64,000 nt of DNA from Minisyncoccia bacterium (GCA_041736805.1 JBGSSW010000004.1:51843-115842), one strand, 5' to 3'; shown: positions 44,964-54,940, counted from the stretch's first letter. The notes: generated by a model from the letters alone, not told the origin. Program-made: numbers and translations.

Positions 44964-45932
44964 TTAATTTAAAGTTGTAAAACTTTCCACCTCACCACAA
45001 GATAAATAGGGAGACTTGTTAGTGTCGGTATATTCTACACAAATACGATAGTAATTTTTTGTTCCTCTAGCAAGGCCGGAAGCAGTTAATTTTACAGTAT
45101 TGCGACCAGTAAATTTAGCGTTGGCGGATTTTTTTGCTACTAAGCCCGCGGCAACTGGAATTTGGGCTAATGAATCGAAATCTTCTGCATCAACAACTTG
45201 ATTTCTGTCACTTCCATAAACAAAGAAAACATTACCTAAACTGTAATCATTCATGGTAACAAATCCTTGAATAGAGGCTCCTGTAGCTGTTATGGCACTA
45301 GATCCTTCTGTTTCGGCGCTTGGTCGACCATTAAATGACATAGTGTTAGCTGATGAAACGGTTGTGAAAGTTCTAGTTTGTCCGTACTGTCGGTTTCCGT
45401 CCTTATCTTCGGCTGCAATACGAAAACTATAATTAGTATCCGAAAGCAAATCTGTCACAGCTATTGTTTGTGGTTGTATTCCAGTTTTTGTTAAGTCGGG
45501 CAGGTAAATTTTCTTTGAAAGACTACTGCCTGTTCCATATTCAAACCAAACCTCTGCCATAGTAGAACCACCTTTGTCGACAGTACCTTTTAAAGTAGCG
45601 TTATTTCTAGATATTGACGTTGGCGCTAAGGAAACAACATTCATAAAATAAGGATTTGGGCCCTTAGTGGTTGAGCTACGACCCGAATTACTACTAGATT
45701 CTTCAGCTTTCAAAGCAGCCAGTTGAGCTTGTAGTTGAGCCAAAACACCGTATAGGTATGCCAGTAGTTCAGTATTAGTTCTGGGTTGGTACTGACTAGT
45801 GGTTGCAGCATAAGAAAAATTAACAGTTGGTGCTAACAAAAGGACTGAAAGTAAGAGTGCTGATATTCCTTTTGCTAAAGTGAAGTTTTTAAACATTTTG
45901 TAAATCCTTAAGAATAATTTTAATTTTATCAC
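44964..45932 (-). CDS. secreted protein with FN3/Ig-like beta-sandwich repeats, hypothetical
   Basis: Signal peptide. Two similar ~90-aa segments (LKGTVDKGGSTMAEVWFEYG... and ITATGASIQGFVTMNDYSLGNVFFVYG...). A 15-bp perfect inverted repeat (44930-44965) overlaps its stop. Confidence 0.45.
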   Translation of the reverse strand: MIKLKLFLRIYKMFKNFTLAKGISALLLSVLLLAPTVNFSYAATTSQYQPRTNTELLAYLYGVLAQLQAQLAALKAEESSSNSGRSSTTKGPNPYFMNVVSLAPTSISRNNATLKGTVDKGGSTMAEVWFEYGTGSSLSKKIYLPDLTKTGIQPQTIAVTDLLSDTNYSFRIAAEDKDGNRQYGQTRTFTTVSSANTMSFNGRPSAETEGSSAITATGASIQGFVTMNDYSLGNVFFVYGSDRNQVVDAEDFDSLAQIPVAAGLVAKKSANAKFTGRNTVKLTASGLARGTKNYYRICVEYTDTNKSPYLSCGEVESFTTLN

Positions 45933-46031
45933 ACCCTAGCTTGAATTATAACTAAAGCACTATTATCAACTTTGAAAATAACATTTTTTCTGCTAATGTA
46001 CGAGCGAACTTAAATAACTATCTAAAACTTT

Positions 46032-47129
46032 ATGTCACTATCAGTCGGAATCGTTGGGCTTCCCAATGTCGGTAAATCAACTCTCTTTACCGCTCTTACT
46101 AAAAAGGAGGTCTTAATTGCCAATTATCCTTTCGCCACCATTGATCCTTCGGTGGGGATTGTCCCAGTACCCGATGGACGGCTTGAGACTTTATCAAAAA
46201 TATCTGGTTCTAGTGTCATCATCCCCGCCGTTATTGAATTTGTGGATATTGCTGGACTAGTTTCTGGAGCCGCTTCGGGTGAAGGTCTTGGCAACAAGTT
46301 CTTAGCAAACATCCGCGAGACTGACGTCATTGCTGAAGTAGTCAGAATTTTTGAAGACAGTGATGTCCACCATGTCTCAGCTGAGATTAACCCCCTCTCT
46401 GATATCGAAGTTATAAATTTAGAACTAATTTTAGCTGACGCTGAAACCGTGAGTAAAAGAAAGATTAATGTCGAAAAAGATGCCAAGCGGGGAGATAAAG
46501 AGGCAATTAAAGAACAAGCTTTGCTGACCAGACTGCTTCCACATCTTGAATCAGGCAAACTAGCCAATTCACTAGCGATGGATGAGGAGGAACTCAAATT
46601 AATCAAGCACTTGCATCTACTTACAATGAAGCCGTTTTTGTATGTTTGTAATAAAAAAACCGACGCTTTCAATCTTGATGAGCAAAATGATGAAAGGTGG
46701 CAAAGATTGGTGGAATTTTTTGAAAGCTCTGGAGCAGAGTACGTCGTGGTAGATGCAGGAATGGAGCACGAACTCAAAGACCTCAGTGACGATGAAAAAA
46801 ATGATTTCAGACGTGAATACGGCGCACAGGGGAGTGGAGTCGAAAGTCTGATTCGAGCTTGTTACAACCGCCTAGGCTTGATGAGTTACCTGACCACGGG
46901 CGAAAAGGAGACTAGGGCTTGGACAGTGCCAATTGGGTCTACTGGACCAAAAGCCGCCGCCGCTATTCACACTGATTTTGAAAAAAAATACATTCGCGCC
47001 CAAGTCGTGACGTTTGATGACTTAGTTAAATGTGGTTCGCTTGCTAAAGCTCGCGAACAAGGCAAACTCCGTACTGAAGGTAAAGACTATATAGTCAAAG
47101 ATGGCGACGTGATTGAATTTTTGATTTAA
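46032..47129 (+). CDS. ychF: redox-regulated ribosome-associated ATPase YchF (Obg-family)
   Basis: VGIVGLPNVGKSTLFTALT, ANYPFATIDPSVGIVPVPD, DIAGLVSGAASGEGLGNKFL, C-terminal TGS domain (DVIEFLI). Confidence 0.9.
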   Translation: MSLSVGIVGLPNVGKSTLFTALTKKEVLIANYPFATIDPSVGIVPVPDGRLETLSKISGSSVIIPAVIEFVDIAGLVSGAASGEGLGNKFLANIRETDVIAEVVRIFEDSDVHHVSAEINPLSDIEVINLELILADAETVSKRKINVEKDAKRGDKEAIKEQALLTRLLPHLESGKLANSLAMDEEELKLIKHLHLLTMKPFLYVCNKKTDAFNLDEQNDERWQRLVEFFESSGAEYVVVDAGMEHELKDLSDDEKNDFRREYGAQGSGVESLIRACYNRLGLMSYLTTGEKETRAWTVPIGSTGPKAAAAIHTDFEKKYIRAQVVTFDDLVKCGSLAKAREQGKLRTEGKDYIVKDGDVIEFLI

Positions 47130-47209
47130 TCTAGCATTGACAAGCTGTACCAATCTAGTAGCCTTTAGTAAGATTGTTCAAGTAAATCTCAACCTGTCGG
47201 AGGTCTGTC

Positions 47210-47494
47210 ATGCAAACTGAAATTGGTCGGAAAGTCGAACTTCGCGAGGAAATGTGCGCTGTATATGCAGAGAAACTTCTTTCTCTAAACCCACAACACT
47301 GGTTACTTCAGTACTATCGATTTCCAAAAGACGGTGAGGAGTGGCGGAAGATTCGCAAGCAGTTTTTTGACCGTTTTGGAAAGAAAGATTGTCCTGGTGA
47401 CAACAGTGTCGGCTATCCAGCTTTGGCACACTTTTACGGAGCGCTGTTTATCGCCTTACTCGAAGCATGCCGAGAAAGCAAGCAAAATGGCTAA
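47210..47494 (+). CDS. hypothetical small protein (94 aa), moderately GC-enriched
   Basis: GGAGG 9 nt upstream of the ATG. Ends at a shared hairpin. Confidence 0.4.
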   Translation: MQTEIGRKVELREEMCAVYAEKLLSLNPQHWLLQYYRFPKDGEEWRKIRKQFFDRFGKKDCPGDNSVGYPALAHFYGALFIALLEACRESKQNG

Positions 47495-47523
47495 ACGCCA
47501 CAAAGGAACACCTTTGTGGCGTT
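47494..47523. terminator. bidirectional hairpin terminator between convergent genes (AACGCCACAAAGG-aaca-CCTTTGTGGCGTT)
   Basis: Perfect 13-bp stem abutting both stop codons. Confidence 0.5.
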
Positions 47524-47528
47524 CCTGT

Positions 47529-47798
47529 TTAACTAAGAGGAGTTGGTGGATTAGCTCTCTGGACAGGACTGACCACATTTGGATTCCAATCAGCTTTAAT
47601 ATCACCAAACTTTGCCTCAAACTCCTTTAAGTCATACTGGAGTTTTTGCACTAAACGTTTGGCATGAGCAGGCGTTAGGGCATACACTTGGGCCTGAGCG
47701 CCACTTAACATTCCCACGATAAAATATTCACCAGAATAGCCAGTTTGAATATTTTCACACAGTAATTTAGGAGCTTTTTTTAATTCTTCAGGATTCAT
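47529..47798 (-). CDS. hypothetical small protein (89 aa)
   Basis: Convergent with 47210..47494. No recognised motif. Confidence 0.4.
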   Translation of the reverse strand: MNPEELKKAPKLLCENIQTGYSGEYFIVGMLSGAQAQVYALTPAHAKRLVQKLQYDLKEFEAKFGDIKADWNPNVVSPVQRANPPTPLS

Positions 47799-47885
47799 AT
47801 TTTATATATTATCGCACAATATTGTACCTTAGTCCAAATCCCATACCCGTAACTATTTGTTCAAAATAGGCGTATAATAAAGTAT

Positions 47886-48809
47886 ATGGAAAACAACACC
47901 GCCAAGCACTTTGCTTTACAACTCGGTTCACTGGCAAGTCTTTATTTATCATTAGCTTTCTTATTAGTTCTTATCTTTGGAATAGTCAATCTTCTTTATC
48001 CTGACGCCACTGAAGGCTCATGGGCGGTAGAAAGCGCCTCTTCGTCAGTGCGGCTCGGCTTTGCCATGGTCTTGGTCTTTTTCCCGACTTACTTAGTACT
48101 GACTAGACTAGTTAATCAAGCACGTCGACAAGAAACGGATGGTAACTATTTAACCTTAACTAAATGGTTAATCTATCTTTCACTTATTATTGGCGGCGGG
48201 GTTTTGCTTGGGGACATAGTAGCTATCGTTATGGCATTCTTGGAAGGAGGAATATCCACCAGATTTATCCTTAAAGCCTTAGCAGTTATCATTATTGTTG
48301 GTCCAGCATTTTATTACTACATCCTAGATGCCCGAGGTTATTGGCTGAAAAATGAAAAAATTTCTATTCGCTTTGCAATTGGCGCCACTTTAGTAGTACT
48401 TGTGGCCATGGTTTTTGGTTTAAAGAATATTGCTACCCCAGACGAAGTGAGGGAAAGGAAGATTGATGACAAACAAATTACCGACTTGCAGGACATTCAA
48501 TATCGAGTGATTAATTATTATCAAATTAATTCTACTTTACCTAAGTCACTTTCTGAGCTACCCAAAACCGCACCGCTGCCTTCAGCCCCTGAATCAAGAA
48601 CTGCTTATATTTATAATTTGTCAGACAAAGGCTACCAACTCTGTGCTAATTTTGCTTATCCAAATCAAATAGATCAATATCGCTACTATGGTATACCAAT
48701 TGATGTTACTAATCCTATCAAGAATCAAGACAATTGGGAGCACAGTGAAGGAGACTTTTGTTTTGAAAGAGTTATTTCAAACGAATCAGTACCAACAAAA
48801 TCTCTTTAG
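47886..48809 (+). CDS. hypothetical polytopic membrane protein with C-terminal extracytoplasmic domain
   Basis: 4-5 TM helices in the first 200 aa. C-terminal Cys pair (YQLCANF...GDFCFERV). Confidence 0.45.
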   Translation: MENNTAKHFALQLGSLASLYLSLAFLLVLIFGIVNLLYPDATEGSWAVESASSSVRLGFAMVLVFFPTYLVLTRLVNQARRQETDGNYLTLTKWLIYLSLIIGGGVLLGDIVAIVMAFLEGGISTRFILKALAVIIIVGPAFYYYILDARGYWLKNEKISIRFAIGATLVVLVAMVFGLKNIATPDEVRERKIDDKQITDLQDIQYRVINYYQINSTLPKSLSELPKTAPLPSAPESRTAYIYNLSDKGYQLCANFAYPNQIDQYRYYGIPIDVTNPIKNQDNWEHSEGDFCFERVISNESVPTKSL

Positions 48810-48877
48810 ACTTTCTTACAAACTACTGAGTGTAAAATTACCTAGCTTCAAAAGAAGGAATGCTATAATTTAGTCAC

Positions 48878-51208
48878 ATGTCACTGGCAGAACAAGAACC
48901 AGACGGCTCTTTAGGCGAAGCCGTAAGCAAGGAGGAGCAAGTGGCCGGTAATGGCTGGGCGGCTTTTTCCGCCTTTTCCAAGAGTCCTGAAAACACCCGC
49001 CCAGCCTTCACCCCCACCCACGTCACCGCCAAACAAGACTTCTCACCCCTGACCAAGCTCCTGATTCTTTTAATTCCGCTATTACTTCTAGTTGGTTATC
49101 AAAGTTATTCCCAAGTTTTTGGTTCTACACTTATCGGTTATTTTTCTCCCAAACCATCAATAAATCTTGAGTCAGGATTAATTGCACATTGGACCTTTGA
49201 CGGACTAGATATGACCACTGCAACATCGTCAGATGTAAGTGGTAATGGATATAACTTAGCGTTAGACGGTAATCCAAAATTATCAATTGGTAAAATTGGA
49301 CAAGCTATAGAACTTGATGGTGCTAGTGATTCTCTTAACTTGCTAAATAATAGTAGCCTTAATTTAGATTCAGGCACCAGTGACTTCACTCTTTCTGGAT
49401 GGTTTAAGCGCAACAGTTTTTCAACACGAGACGTAATATTAGCAAAGAGAGCCAACTCAGGTACTGGTGAATCTGGATATATGCTTGAAATTTCAGGGTC
49501 AGATTATCTTATTTTTCGAGCTTCCGACGGTGTTGATGATTATACCTTAAATTCTTTGACTAGAATTGAAAATTCAGACTGGCATCATTTCACAATCGTC
49601 TGGGGGGACAATACTATTGGTACCACCATGTACATCGATGGACGATCTAATGCCCCCACAGCTGCTGCGGGATCACTTGGATATATTGGTAATATAAATT
49701 TTACAAATTACTTCCGTTTAGGAGTTTCTTCCAACGGTTCTGACCCTTTTGACGGCAAATTAGATGATGTCCGTATCTATGACCACTCACTTTCTTCTGA
49801 AGAAGTCGCTGCTTTGTATGCTATGACTAAGGAAACGAAGATCAATACCACCCAAACTCCCACTAATCTAGAAACCGGCCTCGTCGGCCACTGGACCTTT
49901 GATGGCCCTGACATGACCACAGCTACTGCGACCGATGTGAGTGGAACTGGAAATGACGGCACACTAATAAGTTCACCAACTAAAATCATTGGAAAAACTG
50001 GCCAGGCAATAGAGTTTAATGGAATTGATAATTATATTTTTATCGAGGATAATTCAAGTCTTGATATTACAAATGAATTAACAATTTCAGCCTGGGTTAA
50101 CAAACAAATTATTACTACTTGCGGTGACTATGATGGAGTTATCGGCAAAGGCTACCAAGGAGATCCCTCAGCAAACTATGCACTTGGTATATTTAACAAC
50201 TGTGATGATGAGCATATTATTTTTTATTATAATAATAATTCATCAGAACACTCAATTCGAGGTAACACAACACTTCAACTTAATACTTGGAATCTTCTTA
50301 CTGTCACATATAATGATGCCAGCAACAACATCAGTCTTTATGTTAACGGGGTTCTTGAAAGTAAGACTGTAATAGCAGGTGCTCCCGAAACAAATTCTTT
50401 AGAAACTAATTTGCATGGGGTAACAATTGGGGCAAAAGATGTTGGTTATTGGTTTATTCCAGCAAAAATTGATGACGTTCGTGTTTACAATAGAGCTATT
50501 TCAGCGGATGAAGTGCAAAAACTCTATAACCTTGGTGAAGGCACTAAATTCAACGTCACTCCGATCAACCGCTCACCACTTTCAGAAGGTCTAGTCGGCC
50601 ACTGGACTTTTGATGGCCTAGATATGACCACAGCTACTGCGACTGATGTGAGTGGAAACGGAAACAACGCCACTCTTCTTGGCAACAGTGAAAAAGCAAT
50701 TGGTAAAATGGGGCAAGGAATTAGTTTGGATGGCACCAACAGTACATATATCACTACCAACAGTGGTTCTGGTGTTATTGACGCATCACAAGATATTACA
50801 ATTGGAGTTTGGGTTAAACCTAGAGTCATAAACCAGTACCAGGGAATTATTTCTAAGTCAGCAGCCTGTGATGAGCCAACATCAAAATACCTACTTGAAT
50901 TTCTAGATGGCGGGGCCACGTTTTGGATGGGAGGGTCTAGTACCGGCTATCGTGGCTCGTTAATATCACTTAATGAATGGTCGCATATCGCAGTTACGAA
51001 CAATGCAAATGGTTTTGCTATATATAAAAATGGCGTATTAGAGAAATCTGGCTCAGCTTTACCGGCGCCAACTTCCTCAACTGCTGACTGGACTTTTGGA
51101 AATTGTGGTGGACTTTATTATTCAGATATGAATATGGACGATGTCCGCATCTATAACCGCGCCCTATCAGCAACCGAAGTGGATCAGCTTTATAATCAAG
51201 GTCGGTAG
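48878..51208 (+). CDS. membrane-anchored protein with three tandem LamG-like (concanavalin A-like lectin/glucanase) domains and a GC-rich N-terminal cytoplasmic extension
   Basis: Repeats GLxxHWTFDGxDMTTATxxDVSGNGxxxxLxGxxxxxIGKxGQxIxxDG ... DDVRIYxxxLSxxEVxxLY occur three times. TM at ~LTKLLILLIPLLLLVGY. The first ~180 nt are GC-rich, unlike the rest. Confidence 0.6.
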   Translation: MSLAEQEPDGSLGEAVSKEEQVAGNGWAAFSAFSKSPENTRPAFTPTHVTAKQDFSPLTKLLILLIPLLLLVGYQSYSQVFGSTLIGYFSPKPSINLESGLIAHWTFDGLDMTTATSSDVSGNGYNLALDGNPKLSIGKIGQAIELDGASDSLNLLNNSSLNLDSGTSDFTLSGWFKRNSFSTRDVILAKRANSGTGESGYMLEISGSDYLIFRASDGVDDYTLNSLTRIENSDWHHFTIVWGDNTIGTTMYIDGRSNAPTAAAGSLGYIGNINFTNYFRLGVSSNGSDPFDGKLDDVRIYDHSLSSEEVAALYAMTKETKINTTQTPTNLETGLVGHWTFDGPDMTTATATDVSGTGNDGTLISSPTKIIGKTGQAIEFNGIDNYIFIEDNSSLDITNELTISAWVNKQIITTCGDYDGVIGKGYQGDPSANYALGIFNNCDDEHIIFYYNNNSSEHSIRGNTTLQLNTWNLLTVTYNDASNNISLYVNGVLESKTVIAGAPETNSLETNLHGVTIGAKDVGYWFIPAKIDDVRVYNRAISADEVQKLYNLGEGTKFNVTPINRSPLSEGLVGHWTFDGLDMTTATATDVSGNGNNATLLGNSEKAIGKMGQGISLDGTNSTYITTNSGSGVIDASQDITIGVWVKPRVINQYQGIISKSAACDEPTSKYLLEFLDGGATFWMGGSSTGYRGSLISLNEWSHIAVTNNANGFAIYKNGVLEKSGSALPAPTSSTADWTFGNCGGLYYSDMNMDDVRIYNRALSATEVDQLYNQGR

Positions 51209-51210
51209 GA

Positions 51211-51245
51211 GTTTACATAGGCCTTTCCTATGTAAACCTTTATAC
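51211..51245 (+). terminator. hairpin after the LamG-repeat gene (GTTTACATAGG-ccttt-CCTATGTAAAC)
   Basis: Perfect 11-bp stem. Weak T-tail. Confidence 0.35.
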
Positions 51246-51328
51246 AAGCTGCTGGGTGTTAAGTTTTTTACATTATCCTATTTCGTGGCATACTAAATCA
51301 ATAATTACTTTTTTAAGTGGGGTTTATT

Positions 51329-53710
51329 ATGCACAAAAAATTTGACTCTGAAGCGATTGAAAAAAGGTGGCAGACCAAGTGGCAAACTGATGGTCTTTAT
51401 GCTGTCGGACAGCGTAATAAAAGTAAAGAAAAGGAATATGTCTTGGTCGAGTGGCCATATCCCTCTGGCAATCTCCACATCGGGCATTGGTATGCTTTTG
51501 CTGTCCCAGACATCTATGTGCGTTTCAAACGTATGCTCGGTAAACAAGTGCTATATCCAATGGGTTTTGATGCGTTTGGCTTACCAGCCGAAAACGCCGC
51601 TATCAAACGCAACCTCAATCCCAAAGACTGGACCAACGACAACATCTCCTACATGAAGAATCAGTTGGCCAGTATGGGAAACAGCTTCTCTTGGGACAAG
51701 ACCACCAACTCCACTGACCCTGAATACTACAAATGGACCCAATCCATGTTTACCAAGTTTTTTGATAATGATATTGCTTATCGTGGTAAGGGAATAGTTA
51801 ATTGGTGTCCTGGCTGTAATACGGTGATTGCCAATGAACAAGTGTTAGCCGATGGTACCTGTGAACGCTCGGGAGACGTAATTGAAAAAAAAGAAATGCC
51901 GCAGTGGATGCTCCGTATCACTAAGTACGCGGACCGACTAATTGATGACTTAGAAACAGTCAACTGGCCTGAACATATCAAAGAAGCTCAACGCCAATGG
52001 ATAGGAAGAAGCAAAGGGGCAAAAATTAATTTCAAACTATCTACCGGTGAAGAAGTGACTGTCTTCACCACCCGACCTGATACGCTTTTTGGAGCGACTT
52101 ATTTGGTATTGGCCCCAGAACACCCTCTGGTGGCTCAAAACAAAGACCAGATAGGCAATTACTCAGAAGTGAGTACACATGTATCTCTATCTAGAGCCAA
52201 AGATGAGCAAGACCGTCTAGACGCGACCAAAGAAAAAACGGGTGTAAAGCTAGAGGGCATCACGGCTACCAATCCGGCCAGTGGAGAAGAAATCCCTGTC
52301 TACATCGCCGATTATGTCCTAGCTGGTTACGGCACCGGAGCCATCATGGCCGTACCAGCTCACGATGAAAGGGATTATGAATTTGCCAAGAAATTTGGAA
52401 TTGAAGTCAAGCAGGTTATAGCCTCAACTGTTGAATTGCCATTTTCAGAAATAGGAAAATTAATTAATTCTGGAGAATTTAATAACCTAGACAGCGAAGA
52501 AGCTAAGGAGAAGATAGTTGAAAAAGTGGGTGGAAAGATGACTTCTACTTATCGTTTGCGGGACTGGTCTATTGGTCGCCAAAGATACTGGGGAGTGCCA
52601 ATTCCAATTGTCTATGATCCAGACGGAAAAGCTCACGTGGTACCAAAGGAACATTTACCGTGGACCTTGCCTGAAGATGTAGACTTCAAGCCGACAGGAG
52701 AGGCCCCGCTGGCGAAGAGCGAAGCTCTTCGCCAGCGGACCGAAGAAATCTTTGGTAAAGGCTGGACACCGGAAGTCGAGACGATGGATACTTTTGTCGA
52801 TTCGTCGTGGTATTTCCTTAGATATTTGGACAATGAAAACGGTAGTGAGCTGGCGAGCAAAGCTCGCCAGCAAGACTGGATGCCGATTGATATTTACTTT
52901 GGGGGAGCTGAGCATACTACCATGCACCTTCTATACTCTCGCTTTTGGCAGAAGGCTCTCCTAGACCTAGACTTAGTGACTGAAAATGAACCTTATCGCA
53001 GGCGTATCAATCGTGGATTAATTCTTGGTCCTGACGGCAACAAAATGAGTAAGAGTAAGGGCAACGTGATTGACCCCGATGAACAAGTGAAGTTAGTGGG
53101 TGCAGATACCGTCAAGATGTACTTAGCCTTTATGGGTCCTTATGAAGGAGCCAACTATCCGTTTGACCTCGGAGGCATCGCTGGCGTGCGTCGTTTCCTA
53201 GAGAGAGTTAATGGTCTGGCTGAACATATAATTGAGGATGAGAGTCCAGAAATGCTAGGTCAGCTACATAAAACTATCGACAAAGTACGCTCTGATATCG
53301 AAGCTTTTAAGTTCAACACTGCCATCTCCGCCATGATGATATTCGTCAATGCAGCTGAAAAGAGTGGTCTAAGCAGTGATTCTTACCACACTTTCCTTAA
53401 GCTTTTAGCTCCTTTTGCTCCTTACCTGACTGAAGAAATCTGGTCAACTTTGCAGACTGACACATCAATCCACCTAGCCAGTTACCCAGAGGCCAAAGCT
53501 GAATTACTGATAGATGACATGGTTACTTTGGGAGTACAAGTCAATGGAAAGCTTCGTGGGTCTATTACTGTCAGTCCTGAGGCGGAGGAGTCAGAAGTAC
53601 TCGCAGCCGCCTTAGTTGAAGAAAGTGTAACCAGATACGCCACTAAGGAGAATGTAACTAAGGTAATTTACGTAAAAGGTAGGATTTTGAATCTGATTGT
53701 TCAAAGCTAA
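51329..53710 (+). CDS. leuS: leucine--tRNA ligase
   Basis: ORF track start 51317 is GTG; ATG at 51329 (MHKKFDSEAIEKRWQTKWQ). HIGH motif (PYPSGNLHIGHWYAF), KMSKS (NKMSKSKGNVIDP), editing domain. Confidence 0.95.
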   Translation: MHKKFDSEAIEKRWQTKWQTDGLYAVGQRNKSKEKEYVLVEWPYPSGNLHIGHWYAFAVPDIYVRFKRMLGKQVLYPMGFDAFGLPAENAAIKRNLNPKDWTNDNISYMKNQLASMGNSFSWDKTTNSTDPEYYKWTQSMFTKFFDNDIAYRGKGIVNWCPGCNTVIANEQVLADGTCERSGDVIEKKEMPQWMLRITKYADRLIDDLETVNWPEHIKEAQRQWIGRSKGAKINFKLSTGEEVTVFTTRPDTLFGATYLVLAPEHPLVAQNKDQIGNYSEVSTHVSLSRAKDEQDRLDATKEKTGVKLEGITATNPASGEEIPVYIADYVLAGYGTGAIMAVPAHDERDYEFAKKFGIEVKQVIASTVELPFSEIGKLINSGEFNNLDSEEAKEKIVEKVGGKMTSTYRLRDWSIGRQRYWGVPIPIVYDPDGKAHVVPKEHLPWTLPEDVDFKPTGEAPLAKSEALRQRTEEIFGKGWTPEVETMDTFVDSSWYFLRYLDNENGSELASKARQQDWMPIDIYFGGAEHTTMHLLYSRFWQKALLDLDLVTENEPYRRRINRGLILGPDGNKMSKSKGNVIDPDEQVKLVGADTVKMYLAFMGPYEGANYPFDLGGIAGVRRFLERVNGLAEHIIEDESPEMLGQLHKTIDKVRSDIEAFKFNTAISAMMIFVNAAEKSGLSSDSYHTFLKLLAPFAPYLTEEIWSTLQTDTSIHLASYPEAKAELLIDDMVTLGVQVNGKLRGSITVSPEAEESEVLAAALVEESVTRYATKENVTKVIYVKGRILNLIVQS

Positions 53711-53775
53711 CTCCAGCCGGAAAGGGGTCATAGAACGCGAGTAGGCTAAGTTTGTCATAGTCCTGTGGATAGGAT

Positions 53776-53804
53776 TTGACCTTATTTGTTACTTATGTTA
53801 TAAA
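53776..53804 (+). promoter_or_regulatory. putative sigma-70 promoter TTGACC-17-TATAAA upstream of the sigma-r4-domain gene
   Basis: -35 at 53776-53781, -10 at 53799-53804. This implies the ORF-track TTG start at 53816 is too close to the TSS, so ATG 53846 is preferred. Confidence 0.4.
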
Positions 53805-53845
53805 TAAGCCACGCATTGAGGTATCTATCGGGAAAAATTAGTTTT

Positions 53846-54871
53846 ATGATTACATTTAAACCAAAACAAATAACAAAATCACTTTTAAGTGTGCTGCCTG
53901 AGCGAGCGCGCGACGTACTAACAAAGCGTTACGGACTTGGCCCAACCGGTGAAACTTCGACTTTGGAGTCTATTGGTCAAGCCTATGGTATTACTCGTGA
54001 GCGAGTAAGACAAATTGAAAACTACGGGATTCAGTCAATCCAAAAATCTGAAGAATATAAGAAAAACTTTGACTTATTTCTTGAAATTCAAAGCTTGATT
54101 GATCAATTAGGTGGTGGAGTAATCGCTGAACACGTCTTGCTCGATGAGCTAACCACCGACCCAGTGGTGAAAAATCACCTCTACTTTTTACTAGTGGTTG
54201 GAGACCCGTTTTATCGTGGCAAAGAAAACCCAACTTACACTCATCGTTGGTTTACTGAGCGTAAGATTGCAGATGTGGTTGAAAAGGCCTTGAAACAAGT
54301 TTATCTATCTTTAAATAGCGACGAACTGGTTAGTGAGCAAGAGATTTTAAATCGCTTCCGAACCCAATTGCTTGAACTAGCCGACAAGTATGATGAAGGA
54401 ATCCTCAAGCGTTGGTTATTGATTTCAAAGCAAATTGGGCGCAATCCACTCGGTGACTGGGGTCCATCTGATAGCCCAAATATTAAAGTAAAAGGCATTC
54501 GTGATTATGCTTACCTGGCCGTTAAAAGACACGGTTCACCAATGCACTTTAGGGAAGTGGCCGAGTCAATTGATTCACTTTTTAAACACAAAGCCCATAT
54601 AGCGACCACACACAACGAATTAATTAAAGATGCTCGCTTTGTACTAGTTGGTCGTGGACTATATGCCCTTACAGAATGGGGCTATACGGCTGGAGTGGTA
54701 AAGGATGTCTTGCGGGAAATCCTAGAAAAAGAAGGTCCACTGTCAAAAGAGGAACTGATTGATAAAGTTAGAAAAGAACGTTACGTAAAAGACAACACTA
54801 TTATCGTCAACTTACAAGATGCCAACATCTTTAGACGATTAAGTAATGGGACTTACGCAATCGCAGAATAA
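53846..54871 (+). CDS. sigma-70 region-4 (HTH) domain-containing protein with unknown C-terminal domain
   Basis: N-terminus LPERARDVLTKRYGLGPTGETSTLESIGQAYGITRERVRQIENYGIQSIQKS is a sigma-70 region 4.2 HTH. No region 2 is present. Confidence 0.55.
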   Translation: MITFKPKQITKSLLSVLPERARDVLTKRYGLGPTGETSTLESIGQAYGITRERVRQIENYGIQSIQKSEEYKKNFDLFLEIQSLIDQLGGGVIAEHVLLDELTTDPVVKNHLYFLLVVGDPFYRGKENPTYTHRWFTERKIADVVEKALKQVYLSLNSDELVSEQEILNRFRTQLLELADKYDEGILKRWLLISKQIGRNPLGDWGPSDSPNIKVKGIRDYAYLAVKRHGSPMHFREVAESIDSLFKHKAHIATTHNELIKDARFVLVGRGLYALTEWGYTAGVVKDVLREILEKEGPLSKEELIDKVRKERYVKDNTIIVNLQDANIFRRLSNGTYAIAE

Positions 54872-54881
54872 GCGATCAATT

Positions 54882-54923
54882 AAAAAATCTCCCACAGACC
54901 AATGGTCCGGTGGGAGATTTTTT
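54882..54923 (+). terminator. rho-independent terminator after the sigma-r4 gene (AAAAAATCTCCCAC...GTGGGAGATTTTTT)
   Basis: 14-bp stem with structured loop and T-tract. It covers the ORF-track start 54902 of the next gene. Confidence 0.55.
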
Positions 54924-54940
54924 ATAGTACAATAATCAAA

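Noticed and set aside
44930-44965. 15-bp perfect inverted repeat (AACAAAAATGACAGC/GCTGTCATTTTTGTT) overlapping the stop of the 44964..45932 minus-strand gene; considered as a terminator or mobile-element end
   Set aside because: No T-tract on either strand and no second copy or flanking direct repeats. Possibly a weak terminator or protein-binding site, but support is insufficient to call it a feature.
53711-53775. GC-enriched 65-nt stretch after leuS with a duplicated GTCATAG motif; considered as an sRNA or T-box-like element
   Set aside because: Only short direct repeats and no convincing stem-loop architecture. It sits between the leuS stop and the downstream promoter and is most simply an intergenic spacer.
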